Assembly: GCA_031835245.2 (NCBI GenBank)
Contig: JAVKOQ020000045.1
Span: forward strand, 186,001 to 250,000
Direction: 5' to 3'
DNA from: Balamuthia mandrillaris
Lineage: Eukaryota
DNA length: 64,000 bases
The translations under genes were made by a program, and so were the position numbers. The notes under the pieces are model-generated. The model saw only the letters and a list, made by a program, of their open reading frames with translations. It searched no databases and had not been told where the DNA came from. Positions 1 through 14,000 of the stretch are shown here, in pieces (the stretch's first letter is position 1; the number at the start of each line of letters is the position of its first letter).

Positions 1-1
1 G

Positions 2-2428
2 GATGCCATCGGCAAAGAAGGGGAGGAAGCAGCGAGAAGGAAAGGACGGTCTTCAACCAAGGAAGACATCGCCGGTAAAGGAGGCCGAAGCAAAAGCCGG
101 GGAAAATACTCCTTGAACAAAAAGAGCACCAGCTTTAGCATTCTCAAACCGGACAGTAGGACAAACACCAATGACCCAAAGAAAGAGAAGAAGAAAAAGA
201 AGAAGAAAGAAAAGAAGAAAGAAGCGACAACGGCAACTACGTCGGTTGCCGGTAAACGCATTACGTTGTGCTTCTTTTCAACAAAGGAAGCGGAAGAACA
301 ACCAAAACTTAACAAACGCATTATTCGATGCCCATCTCAATGGCAGCTGCTCATGCAAGAATGCCAGAATATGGTTGAAGCACACAGTGGCCGTGAACCA
401 GGAGGCGAGCTTACACTATGTCTTGGTGAGGGAGGCGGCGTAATTCACTCTCTAGACCTTATCGAGGCTGGTGACGAGCTTTTTATTTATAGCCATCAAC
501 CTTCCTCTTCCTTTTCTTCGCTTGGTAGGTCATTCTACCCTTCTTCAATTATAACTTTCTCATTATTTCTTCTGTTCTTCTTCTTCCCCTTCCTCCTCTT
601 CTTCTTTTCTTCTTCATCTCACAATATCTGTTCAGCAGATACACTCCGCTCCTCTGACTGCTTATCTCCGCCGGAAGGAGAAAGTCATTCATACAACGCA
701 GAACTGAGCCAATTCTCTTCCGTCTCTACCTCTCCCTTCTCGGCCACTCCCATTTCCAGCCGCGATAACACTCTTTCCGAAAAGACAGGAGGGTTTGTTT
801 GCACTCCTTCCTCTCCGTCGTCTTTGGAGAAACAGAGCAAAAACAACTCTGTCAACTCTGTCAAAGGTAAAGAAAAAGCGAAAGAAGAGACCGGAGAAGC
901 AGAGAAAGGAAGAGAGAACCGAACCAACAGCTACAGCAGCAACTCCAGCAGCAACCCCAGCAGCGGCATCATCCCAAGAACATGGACGCCACCTCCCTAC
1001 CACCAATGGTCCTCGTTCAACAAAAACACCGACATGGAGATGCTCTACCGGACAATGAGAACCATTCCTCCGGTCTTTGAGAAAGCGGCTTCTTCTGCTG
1101 CGTCCCCTTCCTCCTTTGGCGGGTGGGGCACTCCTCATTTTTGCGGCTTCTTTTGTGCCGAGAAGGAGGAGATGGTAACGCAGCATCTCAACCAGATTGC
1201 GGATGATCCTTGTTGCCGCACCGAAAGGGTTTCCTCCCTCCCTCCTTTCTTGTCGCCTCTTCTTTCTTTCTTCATGTTTGTTCACCCAAACAAAAACAAA
1301 AACAAAAAAACAGGGAAGAAAGTTATCGGAAGAATATTTGCAGTCTATAACGTCGTTTTCAGCAGCGGCTCATCCCAACCTGTTGGAAACATTGACGCCA
1401 TTGCAAGGCTATGAATATGAAGACTGTATCGCTGTTAGTTGTGGCTCAAATACTGTCGCTGCTATCACAAGTGCGTTCCCCTTTCTCTTCTGTCGTCTTT
1501 CATCTTTCGTCTTTCTGCGTTATGACACCTCTAACTTAGTGTCGAAGAGGATGGAATGGCGTTGATGAGCGGTCCAAAGGTCTTGCATTACGCTTGCTTG
1601 GGGCGCACATCATCTGATAAGTCCCAAACATCAGACCTGACTATCACTCCACAAGGTCCCACAGTCTCCGTCCGCGCTATCAGCGTCCAAAACTCTATTC
1701 GTGGTCTGGCCTCTGGCCCTCTACATAGCGCCGCGTTTACAAGTTACTCTTCTTGTCCTAGTTCTTCTTCTTCTTGTTCTTGTTCTTGTTCTTGTTCTTC
1801 TTGTTCTTCTTCTTCTTCTTGTTCTTGTTCTTGTTCTTGTTCTTGTTCTTGTTCTTGTTCTTCTTCTTGTTCTCCTTCTTGTTCTTCTTGTTCTTCTTGT
1901 TCTTCTGCTTCTTCTTGTTCTTCTTCTTCTGCTTCTGCTTCTTCTTCCTCCTCCTCCTTTCTCCTCCTTCTTTTCCTCGTCCCCTCTATCTCGTTCACTC
2001 ACATTCCGTGGTATAATAACAGAAGACAACGAGGTAATAACGTGGGGCTACAACATCAACACATCATTACTGGGTATCAAAGCCGAACAAGTTCGTCAAA
2101 AGCTTCTTCTAACCCAAGAACAGCAACAACAACCAACCTACGATGTGTCTGGCCAACTGGGCACTGGACGCTCCGATCAAGTCTTATCCGCTCCATCTTC
2201 CATCTCCGGAAACCTCTCTGGGGAGCTTGTGGCCATCTCTGCTGGTGGAGCTCATACCGTCGCGTTGACAAGCAACGGCTGCGTGTGGTCTTGGGGACTG
2301 AATGATGAAGGACAGTTGGGACACCAGTCCAACCATTTGGTGCCTCATCATATAAAGTTCTTCACTGCAAAGATGAACGTGAAAAGGATTGCGTGTGGAG
2401 CACATCACTCTGTTGCTGTGACAGGTTA

Positions 2429-2477
<49 letters not shown>

Positions 2478-3431
2478 CGTTGTAGAAGCGGTTTTGCTAA
2501 ACAAAAATACACTTTCAAACAATAGCAGACGGAATGGTTTATAGTTGGGGATATAACGAACATGGTCAACTCGGAATTGACTCCACTCTTCGTTGTATAT
2601 TCGAACCAACCTGCGTTGAAACCCTTCAAGAAGAGCCTATCATGGGTACTCTTTGTGCCACCTTGTTCTTCTACTTATTCTGTTGGCTCACTATATTTTA
2701 TTGGTTAATGACGACTGCAGCAATTGCATGTGGAGATAGACACACAGCGGCAGTTTCTGCATCAGGATTGCTCTATACTTGGGGAGCAAACGATTACTTT
2801 CAACTAGGCCGAAAGACCTTCAAGACAGGACCCACCAACTTGCGTCAGCTCTCTTCCTTCAAACGCGGAGAGAGAAACATGCCAACGAAAGTCTCGCTTC
2901 GAAGAAACATGAGAGTGATGGACGCAAGTTGTGGGCCTGACTCCACTGCCATTATCTCAGCAGAAGGGTTGGTGCTTGTATGCGGAAAGTTGATGGGCGA
3001 GGGGATGACGTGCCATGCTCCTGTCTTTCGGTTGCTCAACGACATTTTGGAGAGGAATATGTTTGTATCGCGGGTATCGTGCGGAAACACGCACTTAGCT
3101 TTCATCGAAGACAGGCAACTTACTTATGTGTTACATCTTTTTACACGGTATATTATGCCTCTCGCTCTCTTTGGTTTATAATATGCTTATATTTCTTAAA
3201 TAACAGAGCTTGTGCGTTCATGTCGTTCTCGATGGAAGATTTGACAACGGCATTCCGTTCCATACCTCCGTTTTTCCTTCACAAGATTCAGTATCGTGCT
3301 CTCAAACAAATCAGTCGAAGTACGTTCCTATCTTTGTTTTTTGTGAGGGTTTGCAACACGTAACACGGCTCTTCTACATCTTCCAGATTCAAAGAGACCA
3401 AAGCTTTCGGTATGCTCTCACAGCCGTGAAT

Positions 3432-3467
<36 letters not shown>

Positions 3468-4769
3468 AAGAGAGAGGGAGAGAGAGAGAAAGAAGACTAA
3501 CAATAATATGCAGGTGGAATGTAGCTTTGTACAGTTTAGAAGCAAGGAGACCATCTCATCGGTGACAGTGGTTAATGGCTCTAAAGAAAAGATGGTGGTT
3601 ACTCCTTCGTTATCATCGGTTAGTATTCCACCCTAACAATTATCAAGTAACTTTTCATATTTACTCTCCATTACTTTGAAAATGCAGAGCTCACTTCCGG
3701 AAGGAGTAACACTTCGCTTTGATCCACCCAAATGCAAACTAAAAGGAGTACGTAATCTACTCACTTTTATCACTTTGACAGCATTGTTGATTCTCTTTGG
3801 TTTGTGGGAACAGGAACGATCAGAAACGATTCAAGTAATATTGGAAGGTTCCTCCGAAAGAGATATCTTCACCTTCTTTAATCTTGTTGCTCATCATCCA
3901 AAGAGTAATTCTGCTTCTTGTACCTCTCGTTCTTTCTTATTTCTTCTGCCTCCAGTTTGTTTTTCTTCTTGTCTCCTAACCCTCTTCTTTCAAATTACAC
4001 TATTATTTCCAATTATGTGAATCAGGAAAAGATTCCGTTCAATGTTTCATTATAGCTTTCATAGCTGGAAAAGACTTTATGGCGATGGACGGCAATTCTC
4101 ATGCGTCCAAAGCCGTAGCTTACGCCAAAGAACGATTGGACGTAATGGCTCAAAGCCGTCAACAACGTTCTATTTCTCGCGAGGATTCCTCTTCTTTGAT
4201 GAGAAAGAAATCTGTAGGTGAACCTTCTCCAACCGGAGCAGAAGAGCTTTACGACTCTCCTCAAAGTACAACGAGGAGGTCTTCATCTGCATCAAAATAC
4301 AAGCGTTCCAAAGAAGCGGAATCAGAGAATGCGTCACCCTGTCAACAGCAACAACAAAACTTCGCCGATGCTGAAGTGGTTCTATTTGAAAAGTTGGGGA
4401 GTGGAGGGAGCGGAGCAGTTGTCTACAGATGTTCGGCGAATGGCTTTACCTGTGCAGTTAAAATATTGGATGTGGAGGAGAGCACGAAAGAAATGCTGGA
4501 TGGCTTCTTGAGAGAGATTCACTTGTTGGAGAGCCTTCGACATCATTCGGTGGTTCGTTGTCTCGGTCATGATGTTACCCTCTCAAAGATTCGTCTCTTC
4601 ATGGAGTTTTATCAATGGAACTTGGCAAAGATCATCAAGAAACAGAGAGAGAAAAGGATATTCTTCTCCATGAAAGAGGTTTTGCGATTGAGCAAACTTA
4701 TCGTGAGCGGCCTGAACTATCTCCACTCTCAAAATCCAGCCATCATCCATCGGGACTTGAAGGTTAGTG

Positions 4770-4804
<35 letters not shown>

Positions 4805-5314
4805 TCTCTCTCTCTCTCGTCATCGTTCTCTTCCTCTAACAAATATAACGTAAAACCAAAGCCTGGAAACGTTTTAGTGGCATTAGATGAACAAGGACAG
4901 ATTAAAGAAGCCAAGATAACAGACTTTGACGTGAGCATAGAGCTTACCTCCTCTCAAGAAGCTTGTACCATGGCCGGCACTCCGCACTACGCCGCTCCCG
5001 AGGTGCTCTCCCTGGAGCGCAAAGGTTACAACGTGAAAGCTGACATTTTCAGCTTTGGTATGCTCCTATTCGAGGTTCTATCCTTGCAACAGCCATTTTA
5101 TGACGTTGATGTAATGCTCGTTCCACATTTGGTGGAACAGGGCAAGCTCCCAACATTACCGGAAGAAGTTCAGCAGAGGGTGGAAAGGGAGAGGGCGTGC
5201 GCTGCTGTGGCGGAAGTGATGCAACAGTGCTTGGCGATGAATCCGACCGACCGACCGTCTTCGTCGATGTTGTTGAGCAAGCTTGCGCAGGTGGAAGCAG
5301 ACTTCTTTTCATAG
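2..5314 (+). CDS. Multi-exon RCC1-repeat + C-terminal protein kinase (TKL-like); 5' end lies upstream of the window
   Basis: Frame open from base 2. RCC1 repeats (ISAGGAHTVALTSNGCVWSWGLNDEGQLG; IACGDRHTAAVSASGLLYTWGANDYFQLG). Kinase motifs LGSGGSGAVV, AVK, HRDLK|PGN (99-nt intron 4763-4861), DFD, GTPHYAAPE, DIFSFG. Stop TAG at 5312-5314. Confidence 0.85.
1748..1960 (+). repeat. Intronic compound microsatellite (TCT)n/(TCTTGT)n
   Basis: Visible tandem TCT/TCTTGT units inside a GT..AG intron of the RCC1-kinase gene. Confidence 0.9.
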
Positions 5315-5375
5315 TTTATTTGTTCATTTTGTTTTTTTTTTTCATGTAACACAACTGCAAACAATTGAGAGAAAA

Positions 5376-5843
5376 CTAAAGACCGTTTCTGGTGATGAAG
5401 TTGTTGTTGCTGCTTTGGGTGTTGGTGAAAGAGCGGGCTCTTCTGAGGGCTGGTTTGCTTGCTGGTGAGGGAACCATCGGTGGCGCTTGTTTCTTCGTAT
5501 TATGGCGATACAACGTTACTCTGGAACCTACAGAGAAACGTTTGAGCAAAAAACAAAACAAACAAACTAAAAAAAGATGTACCTCTAGCTCTTGGAGAGA
5601 AGGCCTCAGAAGTGGGTTCAGTTTCACCGCTGTCGCTATCGCTACCACTGTCTGAGTCGTCAAGATCCAATCGTTCCATTGTCAGCAGCTGAGTCATCCA
5701 TCGCGCTTTCTCCTCGGAAGAGGCAAAACGAAGCGTGATAATGTCTTTCTTGTAGATGATTTCAACTGCATTCGAAACTTTCTTCTCAGCTGTTTATTGT
5801 TGAAACGAGAAAAACGAGAAAAAGTTAGCAAATAAAAAAGGCA

Positions 5844-5893
<50 letters not shown>

Positions 5894-8772
5894 AGCAAAC
5901 CATTGTCTGCAACATCGTTTACGAGAGACATAGCAAAAGGGACCATGGCAAGCACGTTCACCTTTTCCTTGTTCTTTTTACCTTTGGAGTGCTTTCCAAC
6001 CTTTTTCTCCTCGCTTTGCGCTTGTGCAGAAGCACTGGATTCGCATAGTATCAGAAGATCGGAGAACAGATAGTAACGCATTGTTTGGAATTCGCAGACG
6101 CCCGTCCCGCTCTTGATGGCTTGCTCTATGAACCCTTCTTCGATGAATCTTCTTCCTGGTACCATTAACTGTACTCCAAATTTCTATGTGAAACGTTCGT
6201 CGTTAGAACAAAACCATAACATAAGAAACAATAAAAGTGCAACAATGAAAATGATGAAACATGTGGCACCTCTGTCCCTTGTAAAATGTTTAATAGCTCA
6301 GCAACTTTCTCAAGGTCTTCCTCGTTTTGTTTCTGGGTATTTACGGACGTAACAACGTTCTGAATCTTTTGATAGGCCGATTCCAGGGCGCTATAGTCAG
6401 CATGTGCTTTATCCGTATGTCTCAACAGTTCCTTTTGTTTCATTTAATATTGTCAATATTTATACAAGAGACAAGAAGAAGAAGAAGAAGAAGAAGAAGA
6501 AGAAGAAGAACAAGAACAAGAACAAGAACAAGAACAAGAACAAGAACAAGAACAAGAACAAGAACAAGAACAAGAACAAGAACAAGAACAAGAACAAGAA
6601 CAAGAACAAGAACAAGAACAAGAACAAGAAACCTACCCTTAACAGCAGAGGATATTTACAGAGCCGCTGTACTGGTTTGATCAGAAAATCTGTGAGTTGA
6701 AGGTAGCATAGTTCTGGCTCATGGTGGCGGCTCTGTGACAAAAGAAAACGTGGATAACATAGTTAATAATTGCATCAAAATAAAAACCGAACACATAGTG
6801 GGGATGCTTACTTCGAGAAATGCTTTAAATTCTTTGTTCTTTTTTTCACATGCGAGAAGAGTTTCCCTCTGCATCTTTTGGTTGGAGCAATATTGGCTAT
6901 ACATCTTTAGATAATCCGACTGTTTTTTAAACAATGAAAGAAAGAGGTGAGACAAATGAAGGAGAATGGACCACAAGAAAAGATGATGTACCAGATTGAG
7001 AAAGGGCTGCCCCAAATCGTCTCCTTTCGACTCTTTGGCTTTTGCCAAGAGGTCATCGTACAGAGCAAGGTTGATCTTCACTATCATCGTCACGTTAGAG
7101 AAGATAACTTTGATCTCCTCCGAAGAAAGAATTTTGTTGCTCTCCAAGGGCTCCATAAAGTAATGAATGAGGTTCTGAAGGTCTTTGATGTAGTCTCTTT
7201 CGGTGTTGATGATTTCGTTGATGATCTTGTGTCGATGTCTTTGAGTGTCTGGAAGACTTGGGTCTTCTGAGAGGATCTCTTTTTCTTGTTTGGCTAGTTC
7301 TTCTTTTCGTTTGCGGTGAATATCGACAAGCGGATTTGCTTTGGCTTCGATGGTAAATTCTTCTTGACTTCCTCCTTTTTCTTTGTTCTGTATTATTTGT
7401 TGTTTAGTCAACAAATACTCATTCATGAAGAAGAAGAAGAAGAAGAAGAAGAAGAAGAAGAACAAGAACAAGAACAAGAACAAGAACAAGAACAAGAACA
7501 AGAACAAGAACAAGAACAAGAACAACAACAAGAACAAGAACAACAACAAGAACAACAACAAGAACAAGAAAATACTAGAAGAAGCAGAAAAGTACAGACC
7601 TTAAATACTTTGAAGGAAGATACATTTTTGAAAGATGACCATCGAGAAAGATTGTCCGTTTTGCTAGACTTTTTACCAGCAGGGATCATTATAGTACTTC
7701 CTCCTCCTCCATCTGAAAAAGCAGACGAAGATGACGAAGATACAACGACAGGAATAGAACTGGCCGATGCAGTTGCACTCAATCCATCAGAGCCTGCTGC
7801 TCCACTCCTTGGTGACACCCTTGGTGATAAACCATTGGTAGGAATTGGGAGTGGAGGTGGAATGACGGTTGGAACCTTGCCACGTCGTTCTGTGATACGA
7901 TCCGAAACGGCTGTTGGTGGTTTGAAGCTGTTCTCTTCTCTGTTGTTTGTGCATTATGCTTTGTTAAGTCCTGGTCAAAAAGAAGAGAAAGAGAAGAAAA
8001 AGAAAAAGAAAAAGAAAACAACAAAAAAAGAGGAACAATAAAACAAAAAGGAAAAAAGAGACAAAGAGACAAACCCAGGAGGAGGGTCGCTTCCTCTTTG
8101 TTGTACCAGCTGATCTTCAGAATGCTCAAAAGTGCAACTTCGTTTTCTCGCTTTACGATCAGCGGTCGAAGCGGTCTCTCCTCCTTTTTCTTCTTTCCCA
8201 TTTTCTTTGCCCGCAAGTTTTGACAGTAACGAGTCGGAAGAAGAGGAAGAGGTAGGGGGAGGGTTTCGTAGAAGAAGAGCGCTGCCTCCTTTTCTTCCGA
8301 AACTATAACTTTTGAGGTTGGATATAGTACTTCCTTTCCTTTTCGGTTTCTTTTCTTTCTTCTCTTTCTTCTCTTTTATAATGACACCACTTCCCCCTCT
8401 CGAAGAGGACGACTCCCTGTCCTCTGCTTCTCCTTTTTCTTTTTTCTGTTTGTCTTTCTTTTCTTTTGGCTCTGCTTCTTTGGTTTGTTCTTCGTTTTCG
8501 TCTGAAGAGGAGGAAGACTCCTCTTCAGAGTCGGAAGAAGAGGAGTGGAGAAGATCAACCGAACGGAGGCTCTTCATCGACTGAACGGCCGCCTTCTTGC
8601 CTTGCCTTACGGCGGCGGAGCCTTCTTCCTCAGCTGCTTCTGTAACGCTACTCCCCTTCTTCTTGACCTTCTTCTTTTTGGATATACTTTTTCTTCTCTC
8701 TCGCTTCTCCCCTCCGCCTTCTCCTCCAACTCCTACCACCTCTCGTGCCTCAAGCTCTGCTTTCTCTTCCAT
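5376..8772 (-). CDS. RhoGEF (DH-PH) protein with long low-complexity N-terminus, multi-exon
   Basis: DH motifs RHKIINEIINTERDYIKDL, IFSNV, LKMYSQYCSNQ, LTDFLIKPVQRLCKYPLLL. PH segment RRFIEEG..RYYLFSDLLILC. Last exon spliced to end ..FITRNGL*. Start ATG inferred. Confidence 0.85.
6474..6630. repeat. Intronic (AAG)n/(AAGAAC)n microsatellite
   Basis: Visible tandem repeat in a RhoGEF intron, pyrimidine-rich on the sense strand. Confidence 0.95.
7428..7570. repeat. Intronic (AAG)n/(AAGAAC)n/(AAC)n microsatellite
   Basis: Visible tandem repeat in a RhoGEF intron. Confidence 0.9.
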
Positions 8773-9154
8773 CCTTCCCTGGTCCTGTTGCCAAACAAGA
8801 ATGTGCACGGAGATGAAGTATTCGTGATAAGGACGATCGCAAGAAACATAGCGTTACAGTAACGCACAATTAATCTATATTGATGAATTAATATATAATA
8901 ATAATATCGGGACGACTCCTCAAGTTTCATTCATGAATTAACAAAAATCGATTATCATTGAAATGTTTCAGATATATTTGAAGACCCCTCGTAATTCGTG
9001 GAAATCATTCGGCGAATTCCTGTTTTGTGTCGACACAAGGCAACGAAATGCACCCAATACCTCCACGAGGAAAAAGTCTCTGTTTTTGTTGTTTTGGTTT
9101 TGTGCCTCTGGGCTAGCACACACCGGGCACAAGAGACGGACCGCCTGGCAGAAA

Positions 9155-10986
9155 ATGGGCAACATATTGCACCACGGAGAGGAAGATCCACAAGGTATGT
9201 TTTGCGTTTACTTTGCTGTCTCTGTCAATTTTCATTTTCATGACATGATTGACCGATTTGCTATAATGCCTGTTTGTAATCTTCTTTGTGTTGTTGAAAA
9301 AAAACAACAGGAGAGGAGGTACCTCCCCCATTTGACAAGAGGGGTGTACGTTTGGAATTCGCAGAGTACGGTGACCTTGAAAGACAGGCCAATACTGCTG
9401 ACGTTACCGCCCCGCTTGCTGCCATTTTACGATGTCAGCGTTCTTCCGGTACCACTTTTTTTTTTTTTTTGCTTTCTCTTTTATTCGTCTTCCTTCTCCC
9501 TTCTTTCTTATTGTTTTTCTCTATTCAGGCTCCAGGCATTTTTACTTCAAGTTGAAACAAGGAAGCAAGAATTCGTTACCCGGCTTCAAGGATCCATATA
9601 GAGGTCATCGCAAGAAGCTAAGGATGGTCTTCTCTGTTGACGGACGTTCTCAAACTTTTGTCATCGACGAATACAGCGCCTTCGGCGTTGCTTCTGGTTT
9701 CCATCTTTGCCCTGTTTTGCTTTCTTTTTCCTCCGTTTCTCTCTTTCTTCTGACTAAAACTATCTTGATAGAGTTTTATTTGCCAAAGACAAAAGCAAAG
9801 ATTCTTGAAAAGCAAACTTACTGTAACTATCTTCAAATTCTTTTTACTTCTCTTTATGTTTTGTTGCGCTTCTCCTTTCTTCATTTTCTGTTTTCTGTTT
9901 TCTTTCTCTTTGTGCTTTGTTCTTTTTCTGTTTCTTTTTCTTCTTTTCTTTCGAACCAACACTGTTTCTGCTTCGTTTTATGTCTCCGTATCATTTAAGG
10001 GCAAGAGGAAGAATTACAGCTTTTGTATGAAGCCTTTAGAGCCATATCTTGGCCAGAACATCGTTTCAAGAGAAAACAGTTCCACAAGCTTTTGCCTGTG
10101 TTTGATGAGTCGCCCGACCTAACCAAATCTCTCTTCACCGCTTTGAGCGATGATGCCGATGCTCAAAGCCTTAGCTTTGAACGATTCGCTTGGGGCCTCT
10201 CCACCATGATTCGTGGCTCTCCTGATGAACGAACAGAATGTATGTTTCTTCTTGTTATTGTTCTTCTTATTGTTCTTCTGTGCTTCTTGCTTGTTTCATT
10301 CTTCTTAACGTCATCAACAACAGTGAGTTACAAAATCATCGACTTGGACAAGAATGGATTCATAGAGCGGGACGAAATGAAGGAAGTCTGTTCGTTGCTG
10401 ACTACGTTGATGTCCTCGCTGGGCATCGAACAAGAGGGTGTCTCTGAGACGCAACACAACGTCGATCTTCTCTTCCAACGACAAGGAACGGACTCTAACG
10501 CGAACCTCGAAAATGATTATGCTATGCAATCGCTGAATGCTGCTATGAATGATGTCGATATTCAACATAAGAAACGAGACAAACAACAACACGAAGAGAA
10601 CGCGGAGCACCCACACCGAGAAGCGATAAAAGATAAGTTAAAAGAAGGGTTGCAAAAGTTCAAGGACAAGAAGGAGGAGTACATTTATGGAAAGGAGAAG
10701 GAGAAGGCCATAATTATGGACAGTAATGACTGGAGACCTCGAGATAGTCCTGACGATGACGAATTTGAGCCCGAAGAAAACGCCGAGTCCGAGTACGTTC
10801 CTCTCTCACTTTCTCACACTTTTTTATTAATACTTTACAAACAAATGTTTCCAGATTATTTATGGCGCGTCTCTCTGATGCTGAGTTTAAAGAGAGAGCC
10901 TTCCATGAGCCCGACCTCGTTAACTGTTTTGGCATGTTCGAGTTCTTCTTTAGAACTGTGCTTCAACCCATCGATGACATTGTTCG

Positions 10987-11035
<49 letters not shown>

Positions 11036-14000
11036 TGCTTCCTCTTCTCTTTTTTTAACCAACCACTTTATTAACTTCCTTTATTGCGGTTCAATGATCA
11101 GCTGGACAGTGGAACAGGAACGGAGCGTAGATTGCAAGGATGGCTGAGCAAAGACAAAGGACAATCTCCGTTCTACCAAACTTTGTCTCTGCTAACGCTT
11201 GACAAACGGTGGTTCGTTGTGGAAAACGGTTGTTTGGCCTATTTTCGCTCCAACAAAGATGTGCGTATTTTTGCTCTCTCTTTCTCTCTCTCTTGCTAAA
11301 CTAACCTTGATATATTTTCTCGTTTTAGAAAGAGCCCATTCGAGTGGTAGATTTGACGGAAGGTCAGGTAATGGCAGGTCCCGACAAAGCTTCATGGTTT
11401 TATCTAAAGACACCGTGCTTTGCTCGTCATCTCTACGCCTCTTCACGTAAAGAAATGAAACTTTGGGTTCGCGTCCTCCGAAATAACTTTGCTCAAGGTT
11501 CTTCTTTGCTTCTTTTTCTTTCTTTTCTCCTTTCTGTTCAAATAGTATTTAACTTGAACTCACAATGAGAAAGGAGTTGGAAGTAACAGGTTCCGATCGT
11601 TCGCGCCAGTACGACATGGTATAGGGGCCAGATGGTTCGTCAATGGAGAGGAGTACTTTGCAGCGTTGGCGGATATGATTCCACGCGCTCGTAACACGAT
11701 ATACATTGCGGACTGGTACTTCTCTCCGGGATTGTACCTCATTCGTGCCGCTAACAACGGCGGCACTTTAAATCCTTATCATCGTTTGGACAATCTGTTG
11801 ACGATGTAAGTCATCTCCTCTCATTTGTTTTTTCTTCTTCTGTCTTTCTGGTTCGTGTCTTTGTCCATATAAAAATAACAATAAAAACAGGGCTGCGGAG
11901 AAGGGTGTCAAAGTCTATATAATGATATGGAATGCACCTCAATTTGCGGGCTTTGCCTTGGAAAGCAAGTACGTCACCGAATACATGAGCTCTCTCCACA
12001 AGAATATCAAGGCCATTCGTCATCCAACTTTCACTCCCATTACATGGTCCCATCACCAAAAGTTTGGTTCGTTTTTCACTTATCTTCCTCCACCTTCTTA
12101 TGAGAAGCACAGCATAGAACTGACAAACAAGCAAAACTTAAATAGTGGTGATAGATGAAGTCGTAGCATTTGTTGGAGGCATCGACCTCTGCTACAACCG
12201 CTACGAGAATAGCAAATATAACATCACGGACGAGGACTCCTCCTTCTTTCCTGGTCGCGACTACGGCAACCTGAACTACGCCGGTGAGGCCAACGGGAAG
12301 TCCTTCGATGCAGTTTTGGACAGAAAGTCGGTGCCACGAATGCCTTGGCATGATGTCCAGGTGCAAGTAGACGGAGCGGCGGCCAAGGATGTGGCCTGGA
12401 ACTTTATCCAACGATGGAACCATGCCATGCAAACCGGATCGGGTTCGCAGCTGTTCAAGCCGGTCTTTATCTTTCCTTCCTTCTATTCGTTCCATAGGAG
12501 ACAGTCTTCTTCGTCGACGTTGTCACTGTCCACTGGATCTCGTCTCTCGTTGCCTGTTACTACATCCCGTTCATCGTTATTAGCTTTCGCATCTTCTATT
12601 ACTTCTTCATCTTCCTCTTCGACTTCCTCTGCTTCCTCTGCTCCGACTTCATTCCGAAATTCTACTGCCATCTTGAAAGAGTTTGCCAAAGAGATAAACG
12701 AGCAGAGCTCGTTCTCCTATTTGCTTCCTGACTCGCAAACCAACTCCTTTTCCAATTGTACCTGTCAAGTGGTTAGGTTGGTACTTTTTAATTCTTTTGA
12801 CGGTTCAAGAACAGCCCTCCTCACTCAAAGGCCTTTTGCTTTCCATCATACATTTCAAAAGGTCAGTGTCGTCGTGGTCTGCAGGCAAAGTTGAAAGAGA
12901 GCAAAGTGTTTATAGAGCCTATCTCAGCGCGATAAAGAACGCCAAACATTTTATCTATATCGAGAATCAGTACTTCATATCTTCCATTTGTCGCATACGG
13001 CCAAAGAACCGGATCGCCCACGCTCTATTTGAAAGGTTCTTTCTTGTTCTTGTTCATGTTCTTGTTCTTCTTCTTGTTCTTCTTCTTGTTCTTCTTCTTG
13101 TTCTTCTTCTTGTTCTTCTTGTTCTTCTTCTTCTTCTTCTTCTTCTTCTTCTTCTTCTTCTTCTTCTGCTTACAAACTCTATTTTGGAAAGATTGTGTAA
13201 GGCCATCCGAGAGAAAGAAGCATTCAAGGTCATAGTGGTGTTGCCAGTGTATCCGGCTGGAGATCTACTTTCAGCCAGCACTCGCTATATCATCAAATAC
13301 GTTTACAAGACTGTGAGTAGGCAGGGCAACTCTCTGCTTGAAAAGCTTCAGGTAATATCTAACAAGCTGCTTACCCTCTATTCTCTAGTGTCTGTTCTCA
13401 CAAGAGGTTGATGTTGTGCGATGATTTTAGGCTGCGTTTCCAGACGTGAATATTTCTCACTATGTGTCGTTCCATTCGCTGCGTAACTATGGCGCATTGG
13501 CAGGCAAGGCCATCACGGAGCAGGTCTACATTCATGCCAAAGTAATGATCGTGGACGACCGCTTGGCTATCATTGGTTCCGCCAACATCAACGACAGAAG
13601 CATGGTATGACCGCTTCTTTTTTTCTTTTCTATTTCTTTTTCTGCTTTTTAAACCTTTTTCTTCTTTGCAGAGAGGAACAAGAGACTCTGAGATATGCGT
13701 CGTGGTGGAACAAGAAGAGAAAGACTTCATCCCCTCCACCATGGGCGGGCAACCCTTCATGGTCTCTCCCTTTGCCCATTCGCTCCGTAGACGCCTTTGG
13801 GAGGACTATTTAGGGGCACACAGCGACGCGGCTCTCTGCGAGATGATAGCCGATCCCGTAGCCGATGACGTCTACTTTGGGCAGTGGTTGCACGTGTCGC
13901 AGAAGAACACAGAGACTTATTTGATGATGTTTCGCTCATTGCCGGATGAGATCTACACGCTGTCAGGGCTGGAGGAGAGGAAGCAGTTGGAGGCGCAGTG

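Noticed and set aside
1556..2029. Poly-SC, poly-LV, poly-EQ and poly-RT ORFs (similar ones at 6327-6741, 7316-7604, 13029-13281, 35022-35297, 57438-57689)
   Set aside because: Intronic microsatellites read in six frames, not proteins.
4763..4861. Stop-free 3n introns (also 15992-16054) as a regulated retention system
   Set aside because: C/T-rich short introns lack stop codons by composition; nothing in the sequence shows retention.
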